Shown here one piece after another: positions 30,759 through 38,955 of a DNA stretch of 64,000 nt. The stretch is from contig CAWANH010000029.1 in NCBI GenBank assembly GCA_963783375.1, positions 1,312,001-1,376,000 on the forward strand, read 5' to 3'. Each line of letters begins with the position of its first letter. Positions within the stretch are counted from its first letter, which is position 1. The notes beneath the pieces are model-generated. The model was given only the letters and a program-made list of their open reading frames with translations, searched no databases and had not been told where the DNA came from. The DNA is from Candidatus Eiseniibacteriota bacterium (GTDB taxonomy: Bacteria > Eisenbacteria > RBG-16-71-46 > JABDJR01). The position numbers and the translations under genes are program-made.

Positions 30759-30797
30759 CAAAAACGAGACGGCGGCCCCCGCGAGGGGACCGCCGCC
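30759..30797 (-). terminator. Intrinsic terminator
   Basis: CGGCGGTCCCC-TCGC-GGGGGCCGCCG then TCTCGTTTTT. Confidence 0.6.
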
Positions 30798-30863
30798 GAT
30801 CGAACGAATCGTCAATGCTACCGGGGGGATAGCGGTTGTCCGCCTCCCCAACCCCGGCGCCGG

Positions 30864-31628
30864 CTAGTTCTGGTACTGCTTCTTGAGGCTCCCCCAGGTC
30901 GTGCTCTTGGTCGGGGTGTAGGGATCGGTGCAGGGGTTGTACCCACCGCCGGGAATGCCGAAAGCAACCTTCCCCGCCGCAGCCGGATAGGAGAGGTCGG
31001 AAAGAGCCGGTCCCGGACAGTCCACGATCTGGTACTCATCCGGGGTTTCCAGGTTCCGGTTCATGTCCACCGCCATGATGTCCGGGCCGTAGGCGTACAC
31101 GTAGAATACGCACGCCGTGGCGTGAACCTTGTGCGGCGGAATCACATGGCGCTGGCAGTTGGTGGTGCGGACCCAGATCAGCCGGTTGCCGCCGCTGGCG
31201 GACGGGAACTCGGTGGAAGGGTCCACGATGCTGTTGATTCCGTTGGTGTATTCGAGATCCGAGCAGAACGTGTACCCGAACACGTCGACGCCCTCACCGT
31301 CGGTCTGAACGCCGGGAGTATTCCCGTACGTCACGCCGAGGCTGACACCGCTGATTCCCAGCATGGAGTCCGCTTCGGCGACGATCATGAACACGTCGGC
31401 GCCAACGCCCACATCCCACTCATCGACGTAGTCCTGGCAGCCGACGCCCGCAGCCTCGGGAGAATTGTCGCAGTTGATGCCCTTGGTGTTGTGGGCCTGG
31501 ACATGCATGGTGACCACCGAGTTTTCCTGGCCGTTGGTGATTTGGGCCAGGACCTGCGCGCTCCCCATCATTGCGAACATGGCCGCGAGAACCGCGACGA
31601 ACCCGGCCTGTCTTATCAGCAGTTTCAT
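30864..31628 (-). CDS. Secreted Cys-rich protein, TWG-tail family
   Basis: ATG 31628 with purine-rich RBS; signal peptide; HNTKGINC..CSDLEYTN..GGNRLIWVRTTNCQ; ends TTWGSLKKQYQN. Confidence 0.85.
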   Translation of the reverse strand: MKLLIRQAGFVAVLAAMFAMMGSAQVLAQITNGQENSVVTMHVQAHNTKGINCDNSPEAAGVGCQDYVDEWDVGVGADVFMIVAEADSMLGISGVSLGVTYGNTPGVQTDGEGVDVFGYTFCSDLEYTNGINSIVDPSTEFPSASGGNRLIWVRTTNCQRHVIPPHKVHATACVFYVYAYGPDIMAVDMNRNLETPDEYQIVDCPGPALSDLSYPAAAGKVAFGIPGGGYNPCTDPYTPTKSTTWGSLKKQYQN

Positions 31629-31925
31629 GGTAGGACCCCCTTCTCCGAACATCCGTTGCGAGGGAGCGACTTCATTCGGGCTTTGTCTTGTAACCACCCA
31701 GCGGTGCCGCCCCTCCCGATGACACGCGCTTGGCTTCAGGATAGCAGAGACTTTGCCAGACGGCTCGGCCAAACGACAAGCCCAAAAAAGACCGCGGTTT
31801 GGCTGCCGGAGGAGGTCTCGCCTCCGCCGGGCGCCCGCCGGGCGAGGGGGGTCGCCGGTCCCCCTTGGAACGTTCAGGACCGGCGGAGATGCGGGCCCGG
31901 GGGGGCTTCCCGGATTCGTGAGCAG

Positions 31926-32122
31926 TCTGGTAGACGTCGGCGCCCGTGTGCAGCGGCCAGGTCGGTGGTGAACTCGCTGCAAGGGAGATGGGGTCCAGCC
32001 CGCCGCAGCTGATCCCCATGGTGTCGTGCACCGGGACGTGGAGGGCGAGCACCGCCCCGGTCTGCCCGGTCTGGGCCCATCCTTGCGTCCAGGCCGGCAG
32101 GGTCGGCGGCCGCCGTTTTCAT
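31926..32122 (-). pseudogene. Truncated, frameshifted relic of the TWG-family domain
   Basis: RBS+ATG at 32122; frame-corrected translation AQTGQTGAVLALHVPVHDTMGISCGGLDPxLPCSEFTTxWPLHTGADVY matches the N-terminus of the 34769 protein, then homology stops. Confidence 0.7.
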
Positions 32123-32186
32123 GGCGGAACTCCCCCTTTGAGAATCGAACGCCCGGCGCGAGCACCGGGCGTCCGATCGGATCGGA

Positions 32187-34769
32187 TCAGTGATACTGAT
32201 TCTTGAGCCTTCCCCAGGTCGTCTTGACGGTGGGGGTGACCACGCTGGTGCAGGGGTTGAATCCGCTAGTGGCGCCGAAGGCGACGAACCCGGCGTGCCC
32301 CGGGTACGCCATGTCGGAGAGCGCCGGCCCCGGGCAGTCCACGATCTGGAATTCGTCCGGAGTGTGCAAGTTCCGGTTCATGTCCACCCGGAACACGTCC
32401 GGGCCGTAGGCGTACACGTAGAACGCGCACACCGTCACGTGCACCCCGTAGGGGGGTAGCTCGTGCCGCTGGCAGTTGTCGGTCCGCACCCAGATCAGCC
32501 GGTTTCCCCCGCCCGCAGCCGGGAAATCGGTGCTGGAATCCCCGCTGTTCACGCCGTTGGTGTACTCGAGGTCCGAACAGGACACATACCCGAACACGTC
32601 GCAGGCTTGTCCGTCGGTCTGGACACCGGCGGTGTTCCCGTATTGCACCCCCAGGCTCACCCCGCTCACCCCGAAGACCGGGTCTGCCTGGGCAATCACG
32701 AAATACACGTCGGCTGGGGATTGGATCGGCCACCCCGTGGTGAACTGGTCGCACCGCAGGTTCGGGTCCAGGGCCGCGCAGTCCAGACCCTTCAGGTTGT
32801 GGGCCCGGACATGAACGGTCACCACCGCCCGGCTCTGATCCCCCATTCCCCCCCCGGAAGTCCCGGTGGTGAAGCTCACGGTCGAATTCGGAGCGATCGC
32901 GTTCCCCGACGCGTCCTGAACGTTCGAAACCTCCACCGTGTAGGAGGTGCTGGCACCCAGGACCGTGGTCAGGGACAACGTCACCTGGGACCCGACCGCC
33001 GTCGCCGAGTTGATGGTGAGGGTCCCCGCGGGATTGGCGGTCGGGTAGACGGCGTAGTTCGGCACCGCGGTCGCGCCCAGGGCCACCGGCTCGCTGAACC
33101 ACACCACCACGGCGTTGGCGCCGGTCGCCCCGGCGGCGTTGGTGAGGGTCGGCGGGGTGGTGTCCACGGTCCCGGTGGTGAAGCCGGCGGTCGAACCCGG
33201 AGCGATGGCGTTACCCGCCAGATCCTGGACGTTCGAGACCTCCACCGTGTAGGCCGTCGACGAGGCCAGGTTCGAGGCCAGGGTGAGGGTCACATTGGAC
33301 AGGGAGGGCGCGGCCGAGTTCACGGTGAGCGGCGACGAAGGATCGGCGGTGGGGTACACGCTGTAGTTGGCGGGGACGTCGGCCCCGGTCCCCACCGTCT
33401 CGCTGAAGCTCAAGCTCACGGTGTTCTGGCCGGAGGTTCCGGTGGCGCTTACCAGCTCGACGGGGGTTGCGTCCCCGGGACCGGTGGTGAAGCTCGCGGT
33501 CGAGTTCGGCGCGACCGGGTTCCCGGCCGGGTCCTCCACGTTCGAGACCTCCACCGTATACGAGGTCGATCCGGCCAGGTTCGGGGACACGGTCAGGGTG
33601 ACGCTATTGTTCAAGGGCGAGGCCAACGTGACGGTCAGGGGCGAGCCGGGATCGCCGCTCGGGTACACGCTGAAGTTGGAAGGCGTGCCGGCCCCGCTGG
33701 ACACGTTTTCACTGAACGCCACGACCACGTGGTCGGTCCCGGCGGCGCCGGAAGCGCTCACCAGGGTGGGGGGCGTGGTGTCCAGATAGCCGGTCACGAA
33801 GCCGATGGTCGAGTTCGGCGCGATCGTGTTCGCGGACAGGTCCTCGACGTTCGAGACCTCCACCGTATACGTGGTGGAACCGGCCAGGTTCTGGACCAGG
33901 GTCAGGGTGACGATGTTGAGGGACACCGCCGCCGAGGTCACGGTCAGGGGGGACGAGGGGTCGCCGGTCGGGTAGACGGCGTAGTTGGATGGGGTGGTGG
34001 CCCCTCCCGACACGGCCTCGCTGAAGGTGATCGAGACCGTCGGAGATCCCGCGGTCCCCGAGGCGCTGATCAGGACCGGCGGGGTCAGGTCCCCCGTTCC
34101 GCCGGAGCCGCAGGGGTTGTACCCCGGCTGGCCGAATCCGACCTTCCCGGCATGGCTGGGATATTCCAGGTCCCAGCCGGCGGGAGTCGGACAGTCGATG
34201 ACCTGGAGCTCGGGCCCGTTCAGCAGATTCTCGTTCCGGGTCACCTCGAACTCGTCGGGACTGTAGGCGTACACGTAGAACACGCAGGCCACCGCGTGCG
34301 CCCCGTCGCTCCCCCGCACCGTCTGCTGGCAGTTGTAGGTGCGGACCCAGATCAGCCGGTTCCCGCCCCCGGAGTACGGCCATTCGTGGGCCACGGTCCC
34401 GTCGGGGCTGTTGGTGTACTCGAGGTCGGAGCAAGCCGTGTAGCCGAAGACGTCACAGCCGATGCCGTCGTTTATGGTGACCGGGTTGGAATACCGGATG
34501 CCGCAGCTCACGCCGCTGATTCCCAGAACCGGGTCGGCCTGTCCCACCACCAGGTAGACATCGGCGCCCGTAGCGAGCGGCCAGGTCGTGGTGAAATCGC
34601 TGCAAGGGAGATTGGGATCCAGCCCGGAGCACACGATCCCCTTGGTGTTGTGGGGCTGGGCGTGGAGGACGACCTTCGCCCCGGTCTGGCCGATCTGGGC
34701 CGAGGCGGGAGCGGAGAGGACAAGGCTCACGAGGGCAAACAACGAGAGGATACCCAGGGTCGGCTTCAA
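32187..34769 (-). CDS. Secreted protein: two TWG-family Cys-rich domains flanking four Ig-like (Big_5/SbsA-type) repeats
   Basis: AAAGGAGG RBS with TTG start; ends KTTWGRLKNQYH. Confidence 0.87.
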   Translation of the reverse strand: MKPTLGILSLFALVSLVLSAPASAQIGQTGAKVVLHAQPHNTKGIVCSGLDPNLPCSDFTTTWPLATGADVYLVVGQADPVLGISGVSCGIRYSNPVTINDGIGCDVFGYTACSDLEYTNSPDGTVAHEWPYSGGGNRLIWVRTYNCQQTVRGSDGAHAVACVFYVYAYSPDEFEVTRNENLLNGPELQVIDCPTPAGWDLEYPSHAGKVGFGQPGYNPCGSGGTGDLTPPVLISASGTAGSPTVSITFSEAVSGGATTPSNYAVYPTGDPSSPLTVTSAAVSLNIVTLTLVQNLAGSTTYTVEVSNVEDLSANTIAPNSTIGFVTGYLDTTPPTLVSASGAAGTDHVVVAFSENVSSGAGTPSNFSVYPSGDPGSPLTVTLASPLNNSVTLTVSPNLAGSTSYTVEVSNVEDPAGNPVAPNSTASFTTGPGDATPVELVSATGTSGQNTVSLSFSETVGTGADVPANYSVYPTADPSSPLTVNSAAPSLSNVTLTLASNLASSTAYTVEVSNVQDLAGNAIAPGSTAGFTTGTVDTTPPTLTNAAGATGANAVVVWFSEPVALGATAVPNYAVYPTANPAGTLTINSATAVGSQVTLSLTTVLGASTSYTVEVSNVQDASGNAIAPNSTVSFTTGTSGGGMGDQSRAVVTVHVRAHNLKGLDCAALDPNLRCDQFTTGWPIQSPADVYFVIAQADPVFGVSGVSLGVQYGNTAGVQTDGQACDVFGYVSCSDLEYTNGVNSGDSSTDFPAAGGGNRLIWVRTDNCQRHELPPYGVHVTVCAFYVYAYGPDVFRVDMNRNLHTPDEFQIVDCPGPALSDMAYPGHAGFVAFGATSGFNPCTSVVTPTVKTTWGRLKNQYH
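32860..34091 (-). repeat. Four intragenic 309-nt (103 aa) Ig-like repeats
   Basis: D.TP..L..A.G..G...V...FSE.V..YTVEVSNV.D..(G/A)N...P.ST..F.TG units start near 34091, 33782, 33473, 33164. Confidence 0.9.
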
Positions 34770-35283
34770 GGTCAGCCTCCTTTCCGGTGAATCGATCACG
34801 GTGGGGGGCCAGGATCGACCTTGCTCCATCTTTTTAGCCCTTTGCCCGAGGATTCACAAGCTTCGAATTGCCCGAAGGGCACGGCGGCTCGATTGTGGCC
34901 GGTGGCTGCGCCGCCGCACCGGAGCCTTGGAGATCATTGGGCGGGAGGGCCCGCGTCGGGGGACGGCGCAACGGGTCCCGGGCGACGGCACAGCGAGTCC
35001 CGGGGGACGGCGCGGTCGGCGTCGGCGGACGGGGTGACCGGCGCCGGTTCCCAGCTGGACGCCCCATGGGGGGACCTGCAACCCGGGAATCGCCCGGGCC
35101 AAGGGCTTGAATCGCGTCCCCCCACTTCAAATATATTAGACGATGTACAAGCCGTCGGTTACGAAAAAAACGGCGTGGGGAGCCCCGGTTCGGCCCGCGA
35201 ACGGTGGGCGGCGCCGACGTCGAAGGCGACCGGATTTGTCCTCTTGCACGGGCGGTTTCAGGTGCGGGCCGTTCGGTCCCGCC

Positions 35284-35466
35284 GTGCTTCCCCGGGGAAG
35301 CAATGTTCGCAATAAAGCTCCGGTCGCGATCCCCGGCCGATAACCCCCGCGTGCTTCCCCGGGTACACAATGTTCGCAATAAGGCTCTGGCCGTGCTTCC
35401 CCGGGTACACAATGTTCGCAATAAGGCTCTGGCGGTGCTTCCCCGGGGAAGCAATGTTCGCAATAA
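35284..35466. repeat. Four copies of a 32-bp direct repeat
   Basis: GTGCTTCCCCGGG(G/T)A(A/C)(G/A)CAATGTTCGCAATAA at 35284, 35351, 35393, 35435. Confidence 0.95.
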
Positions 35467-35494
35467 CGTGTTTATCGCGACGCGGCCTTTGAGA

Positions 35495-36290
35495 CGGTCC
35501 GCGTGCGGGTGGCTGGTCCGGAGCCCGGAGCGCGACCGCGCGGGGCGGCCTGCCCCGGAGCGAGGCGCGAATCGGATACCGCGGTGGGCGCCTCCGACGA
35601 GCCGGCGGCGAGACGGAGGCGGGGTCCCACCGCGGGGGCCGAGCGAGCGAGGAAACGTCCGGGGGACGTTTCGAGCGAGCGCTGAGCGCCGAGACGAGGG
35701 GGCACCGGCCCGAAGGCCGCGTGCCGGCCGGCCGCGCCTCGGGCACGCCCCCTGAATCGGTCCGCGTGCGGGTGGCTGGTCCGGAGCCCGGAGCGCGGCC
35801 GCGCGGGGCGGCCTGCCCCGGAGCGAGGCGCGAATCGGATACCGCGGTGGGCGCCTCCGGCGAGCCGGCGGCGAGACGGAGGCGGGGCCCCGCCGCGGGG
35901 GCCGAGCGAGCGAGGAAACGTCCGGGGGACGTTTCGAGCGAGCGCTGAGCGCCGAGACGAGGGGGCACCGGCCCGAAGGCCGCGTGCCGGAGCCCGCCCG
36001 CCGAGACGGCCCGTGTGCGAGCGGCCGCCCCGGGATACCCGGCCCGAAGGCCGCGTGCCGGGCCCGCCCGCCGAGACGGCCCGTGTGCGAGCGGCCGCCC
36101 CGGGAGACCCGGCCCGAAGGCCGCGCCTCGGGTCCGCCGCACCCGGGACTGCGTTTGGAACCGCGCCAGGTAGCACGCCGGGGGCACCGGCCCGAAGGCC
36201 GCGTGCCGGACCCGGCCCGCGCCTCGAGGTCGCCCCCTGAATCGGTCCGCGTGCGGGTGGCTGGTCGGAGTCCCGGAGCGCGGCCGCGTG
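35495..36290. repeat. Nested GC-rich tandem repeats (263-bp period x2, 70-bp period x2, partial third copy)
   Basis: 35495-35727 nearly identical to 35758-35990; GGCCCGAAGGCC at 35707, 35970, 36041, 36111, 36189. Confidence 0.92.
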
Positions 36291-36332
36291 CCGGCCGCGT
36301 GCCGGGGCCGCCCGCGCCCAACCCCGTCCCCG

Positions 36333-36368
36333 AATAAAGAGAGCGGCGGCTCCGTTGGGAGCCGCCGC
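36333..36368 (-). terminator. Intrinsic terminator
   Basis: GCGGCGGCTCC-CAAC-GGAGCCGCCGC then TCTCTTTATT. Confidence 0.75.
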
Positions 36369-36429
36369 CCTTTCGATCAGATCTTCGGCCTGGACCGAAG
36401 AACCAAACCGTTCGACCGGTGAGGGTCGA

Positions 36430-37176
36430 CTAGTTGTACTGGTTCTTCAGGTGACCCCAGGTGGTGTTCTCGGTCGGGGTCGAGATGTCGGTACAAGGAT
36501 TGTACTCGGCACCGGTGCCGCCGAACGCGAGCACGCCCGCATGGGCCGGCCAGTCCATGTCGGAGAGCGCAGGACCGGGGCAGTCCACGATCTGGAACTC
36601 GTCCGCGGTCACCAGGTTCCGGTTCATGTCGACGATGAAATTGTCCGGGCTGTAGGCATAGCAGTAGAACACGCAGGCCACGGCCTGAACGCCGTAGGGA
36701 GCCACCACGTTCCGCTGGCAGTTGGTGGTCCGGACCCAGATCAGGCGGTTTCCGCCGCCGGACCAAGGGAACTCGTCCACCGCGGTCCCGGACGGGCTGT
36801 TGGTGTACTGAAGGTCCGAGCAGAACGTGTAACCGAACACGTCCACGCCCACACCGTCAGTGATGGTGTCGTACTCGCTGTACAGAACGCCAAGGCTCAC
36901 GCCGCTGACGCCCAGAGCCGAGTCGGCCTCGGCGATCATCATGTACACGTCGGCGCCGGTTCGCAGCGGCCAGGTGTTGACGAACTGGTCGCAGGGCAGA
37001 GCGGTGTCGATCCCGCCGCACTGGATACCCTTGGTGTTGTGGGCCTGGGCGTGGAGCGCGACCATCGCACCCTCTTGGCCGTTGTGGATCTGGGCGAAGG
37101 CGGATCCGGCGAAAACCATGCCGACTACCGCGGCGATAGCGGCTGCTTTCCCCATCGTCATTAGCACGCGCTTCAT
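36430..37176 (-). CDS. Secreted Cys-rich protein, TWG-tail family
   Basis: AAGGAGGT RBS; signal peptide ending AFA; same core motifs; ends NTTWGHLKNQYN. Confidence 0.87.
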   Translation of the reverse strand: MKRVLMTMGKAAAIAAVVGMVFAGSAFAQIHNGQEGAMVALHAQAHNTKGIQCGGIDTALPCDQFVNTWPLRTGADVYMMIAEADSALGVSGVSLGVLYSEYDTITDGVGVDVFGYTFCSDLQYTNSPSGTAVDEFPWSGGGNRLIWVRTTNCQRNVVAPYGVQAVACVFYCYAYSPDNFIVDMNRNLVTADEFQIVDCPGPALSDMDWPAHAGVLAFGGTGAEYNPCTDISTPTENTTWGHLKNQYN

Positions 37177-37429
37177 GAGAGGAGACCTCCTTATTGCGAT
37201 ACGCATCGTTGCGAGAGACTCTCTTTGGTTTGCTGCGGTTCCTCAGGAAACCGCGTCCCCCGGGAGCGCTCCCGGAGGGCTTTTCGGCCACCGGACTCCC
37301 CCGCCGGGAAGCCGACGGGGGGCCCGGGTCCGAAAACGTTGTCCGGCAGTCATCCGACTGCGGGAACTTGATACCCAGTAAGTCTACCAGAGATCAAGCC
37401 CCCCAGCCAAGGGCCATTTGCCGACCAGG

Positions 37430-38170
37430 TTACGGGCAGACGCCCATGACGTGGCAGATCAGGCTCTTGGAGTTCTTGATGTAGTCGGCCGCGATGGACG
37501 CGTCCGCACCGGAACCGCCGTCCCCGTAGTCGTGTCCAGTCACGCCGCCGGTGTAGTCGCTGCAGAGATCGACCAGACCGTTCTTGAACTGGGGCGCGTG
37601 GTAGGCGCCGTCGTTCGCCGAAACGGTGCTGACACCAGCCTCGCAGGTGCTCTCTCCGTCGGGGTTGACCTGCGTGTAGGTGCACTTGTGGCCGACGCCG
37701 TTCACCACGTCGGGCGAATTGACCTGGGACTGGCGCAACGGCACGAAGTCGGCATCGATCTGCGTGATGTACAGGGTCCCGTTGGCGGCTGCGTAAGGGG
37801 CGTTCTCGATGCAGGCGCCGCCGGCGATGTTGAAGGTAGCTTCCCCGTTCGCGTCGGCCACCGCCGTGTAGGTCCGGTAGGGCTCGTCCGTGCACTCCAG
37901 GTGAGAGGGTGCGTCCCCAAGCTGGAGGGGATCGGACCAGGCAATGAGCCGGGTGGCGTCGGGCGAGAACGTGATGGTCACCACCGCGCCCTGGACCGGC
38001 CCGAGCTGGCCGTTGACGACGATGACGACGGGAAAGTTGCCGTCCGGGGTGATCGTGATGAAGTCCGGAACGACGCTGAGACTGGCGTCAGGAATGTTGG
38101 CCATGGCCCCGGTGGACACGATGGCGAGGGCCGCCGCCGCGATGAGGCCGGCACGAAGGAAACGAGTCAT
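37430..38170 (-). CDS. Secreted surface protein with Ig-like region and dockerin/EF-hand-like C-terminus
   Basis: GGAGGT RBS; signal peptide ending AMA; ADANGEATF; SPD..V...D and CSDY..G..D repeats. Confidence 0.75.
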   Translation of the reverse strand: MTRFLRAGLIAAAALAIVSTGAMANIPDASLSVVPDFITITPDGNFPVVIVVNGQLGPVQGAVVTITFSPDATRLIAWSDPLQLGDAPSHLECTDEPYRTYTAVADANGEATFNIAGGACIENAPYAAANGTLYITQIDADFVPLRQSQVNSPDVVNGVGHKCTYTQVNPDGESTCEAGVSTVSANDGAYHAPQFKNGLVDLCSDYTGGVTGHDYGDGGSGADASIAADYIKNSKSLICHVMGVCP

Positions 38171-38212
38171 GGATGCACCTCCGAGTTGATATGCGCTGTA
38201 TCGTCGCTCTAC

Positions 38213-38405
38213 GGGTCCTGGAAGACCCCGATAGGCTTCGGGAACGTCGAGCGGTGGCGGAAATCCGTTGGTCCCCCCGGGGAACCGCCGCCGGTGAACC
38301 GACCCTCTCGGGCCGCCTCCGGTGGCGCTTCGGGAGATTTGCCATCCCACGGTCGCGAGCCACCGCCCGCTCCCAGGAGCCCCCAGGGCCGGTCTTCAAG
38401 GACCC
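38213..38405 (-). promoter_or_regulatory. Structured 5' leader RNA candidate
   Basis: 15-bp closing stem with one mismatch (38391-38405 / 38213-38227) enclosing nested stems. Confidence 0.55.
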
Positions 38406-38436
38406 AACCGTCTCCGGGGATCTCCAGGCTGTGAAC

Positions 38437-38465
38437 AGTGTAGGCGGGGGTTAACGAAATGTCAA
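38437..38465 (-). promoter_or_regulatory. Near-consensus sigma70 promoter
   Basis: TTGACA-17nt-TACACT. Confidence 0.8.
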
Positions 38466-38521
38466 GGAAACTTTAAGGGGACTTCACATTCAGGGGGGGA
38501 TCCGGCCCCCCTTCCAAGGGG

Positions 38522-38598
38522 TGGTGGGCGAAACAGGGTTCGAACCTGTGACCTCTTGCGTGTAAGGCAAGCGCTCTAACCAGCTGAGCTATTCGCCC
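38522..38598 (-). tRNA. tRNA-Val (TAC)
   Basis: GGGCGAATAGCTCAGCTGGTTAGAGCG-CTTGC-CTTACAC-GCAAG-AGGTCACAGGTTCGAACCCTGTTTCGCCCACCA. Confidence 0.97.
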
Positions 38599-38894
38599 TT
38601 CTGCGGATCCTCCCCCGTGGCGGCGGCCCCACGCTCCCCCCGGCCCGCGGCCAGGCCGTAGGGGACGAGCACGCAGTACCCCAGGACGAGGAGGATGGGG
38701 GCGGCGGTGATCGACCCCCGGCTCAAGAGCAAGAACCCCAGCAGGATGGACACCAGGGCCCCGGCCAGGGCCAGGTAGTTCCGGTTCCCCAGCACCAGCC
38801 CGGCGGGGGCGGAGCGCGGGCGGGCCCGGTCGGCGGCCGCGCCCCCGGTCTTGTGAGCCTTGCGGGGTCGGACCTTGGTCGTTTCGTTCACCAC
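38589..38894 (-). CDS. Small membrane protein, DUF3098-like
   Basis: NY..L......ILLGFLLL..SITAAPILLVLGY pattern; GGAAGGAG RBS. Confidence 0.75.
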   Translation of the reverse strand: MVNETTKVRPRKAHKTGGAAADRARPRSAPAGLVLGNRNYLALAGALVSILLGFLLLSRGSITAAPILLVLGYCVLVPYGLAAGRGERGAAATGEDPQKGE

Positions 38895-38955
38895 GTGAGG
38901 ATCTCCTTCCGGCCTAGACCGGCGCGAGGGGGCATTCCCCCACCTCCGCCTCGTT

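Noticed and set aside
35284-35466. CRISPR array (repeat begins GTGCTTCCCCG, reminiscent of type I-E)
   Set aside because: Spacers are 35, 10 and 10 bp, two nearly identical; no cas genes in the window
35495-36290. Hammerhead ribozyme repeats
   Set aside because: No CUGANGA...GAAA core in proper stem context
34834-36337. Long ORFs over the repeat block (495, 309, 234, 183 aa)
   Set aside because: R/P/G/A-rich shadow ORFs from GC-rich repeats; no RBS or domain features
29809-37176. Diversity-generating retroelement targets
   Set aside because: No reverse transcriptase; differences between copies are not adenine-specific
29809-38598. Genomic island integrated at tRNA-Val
   Set aside because: No integrase, no visible duplicate of the tRNA 3' end, and composition similar to flanks
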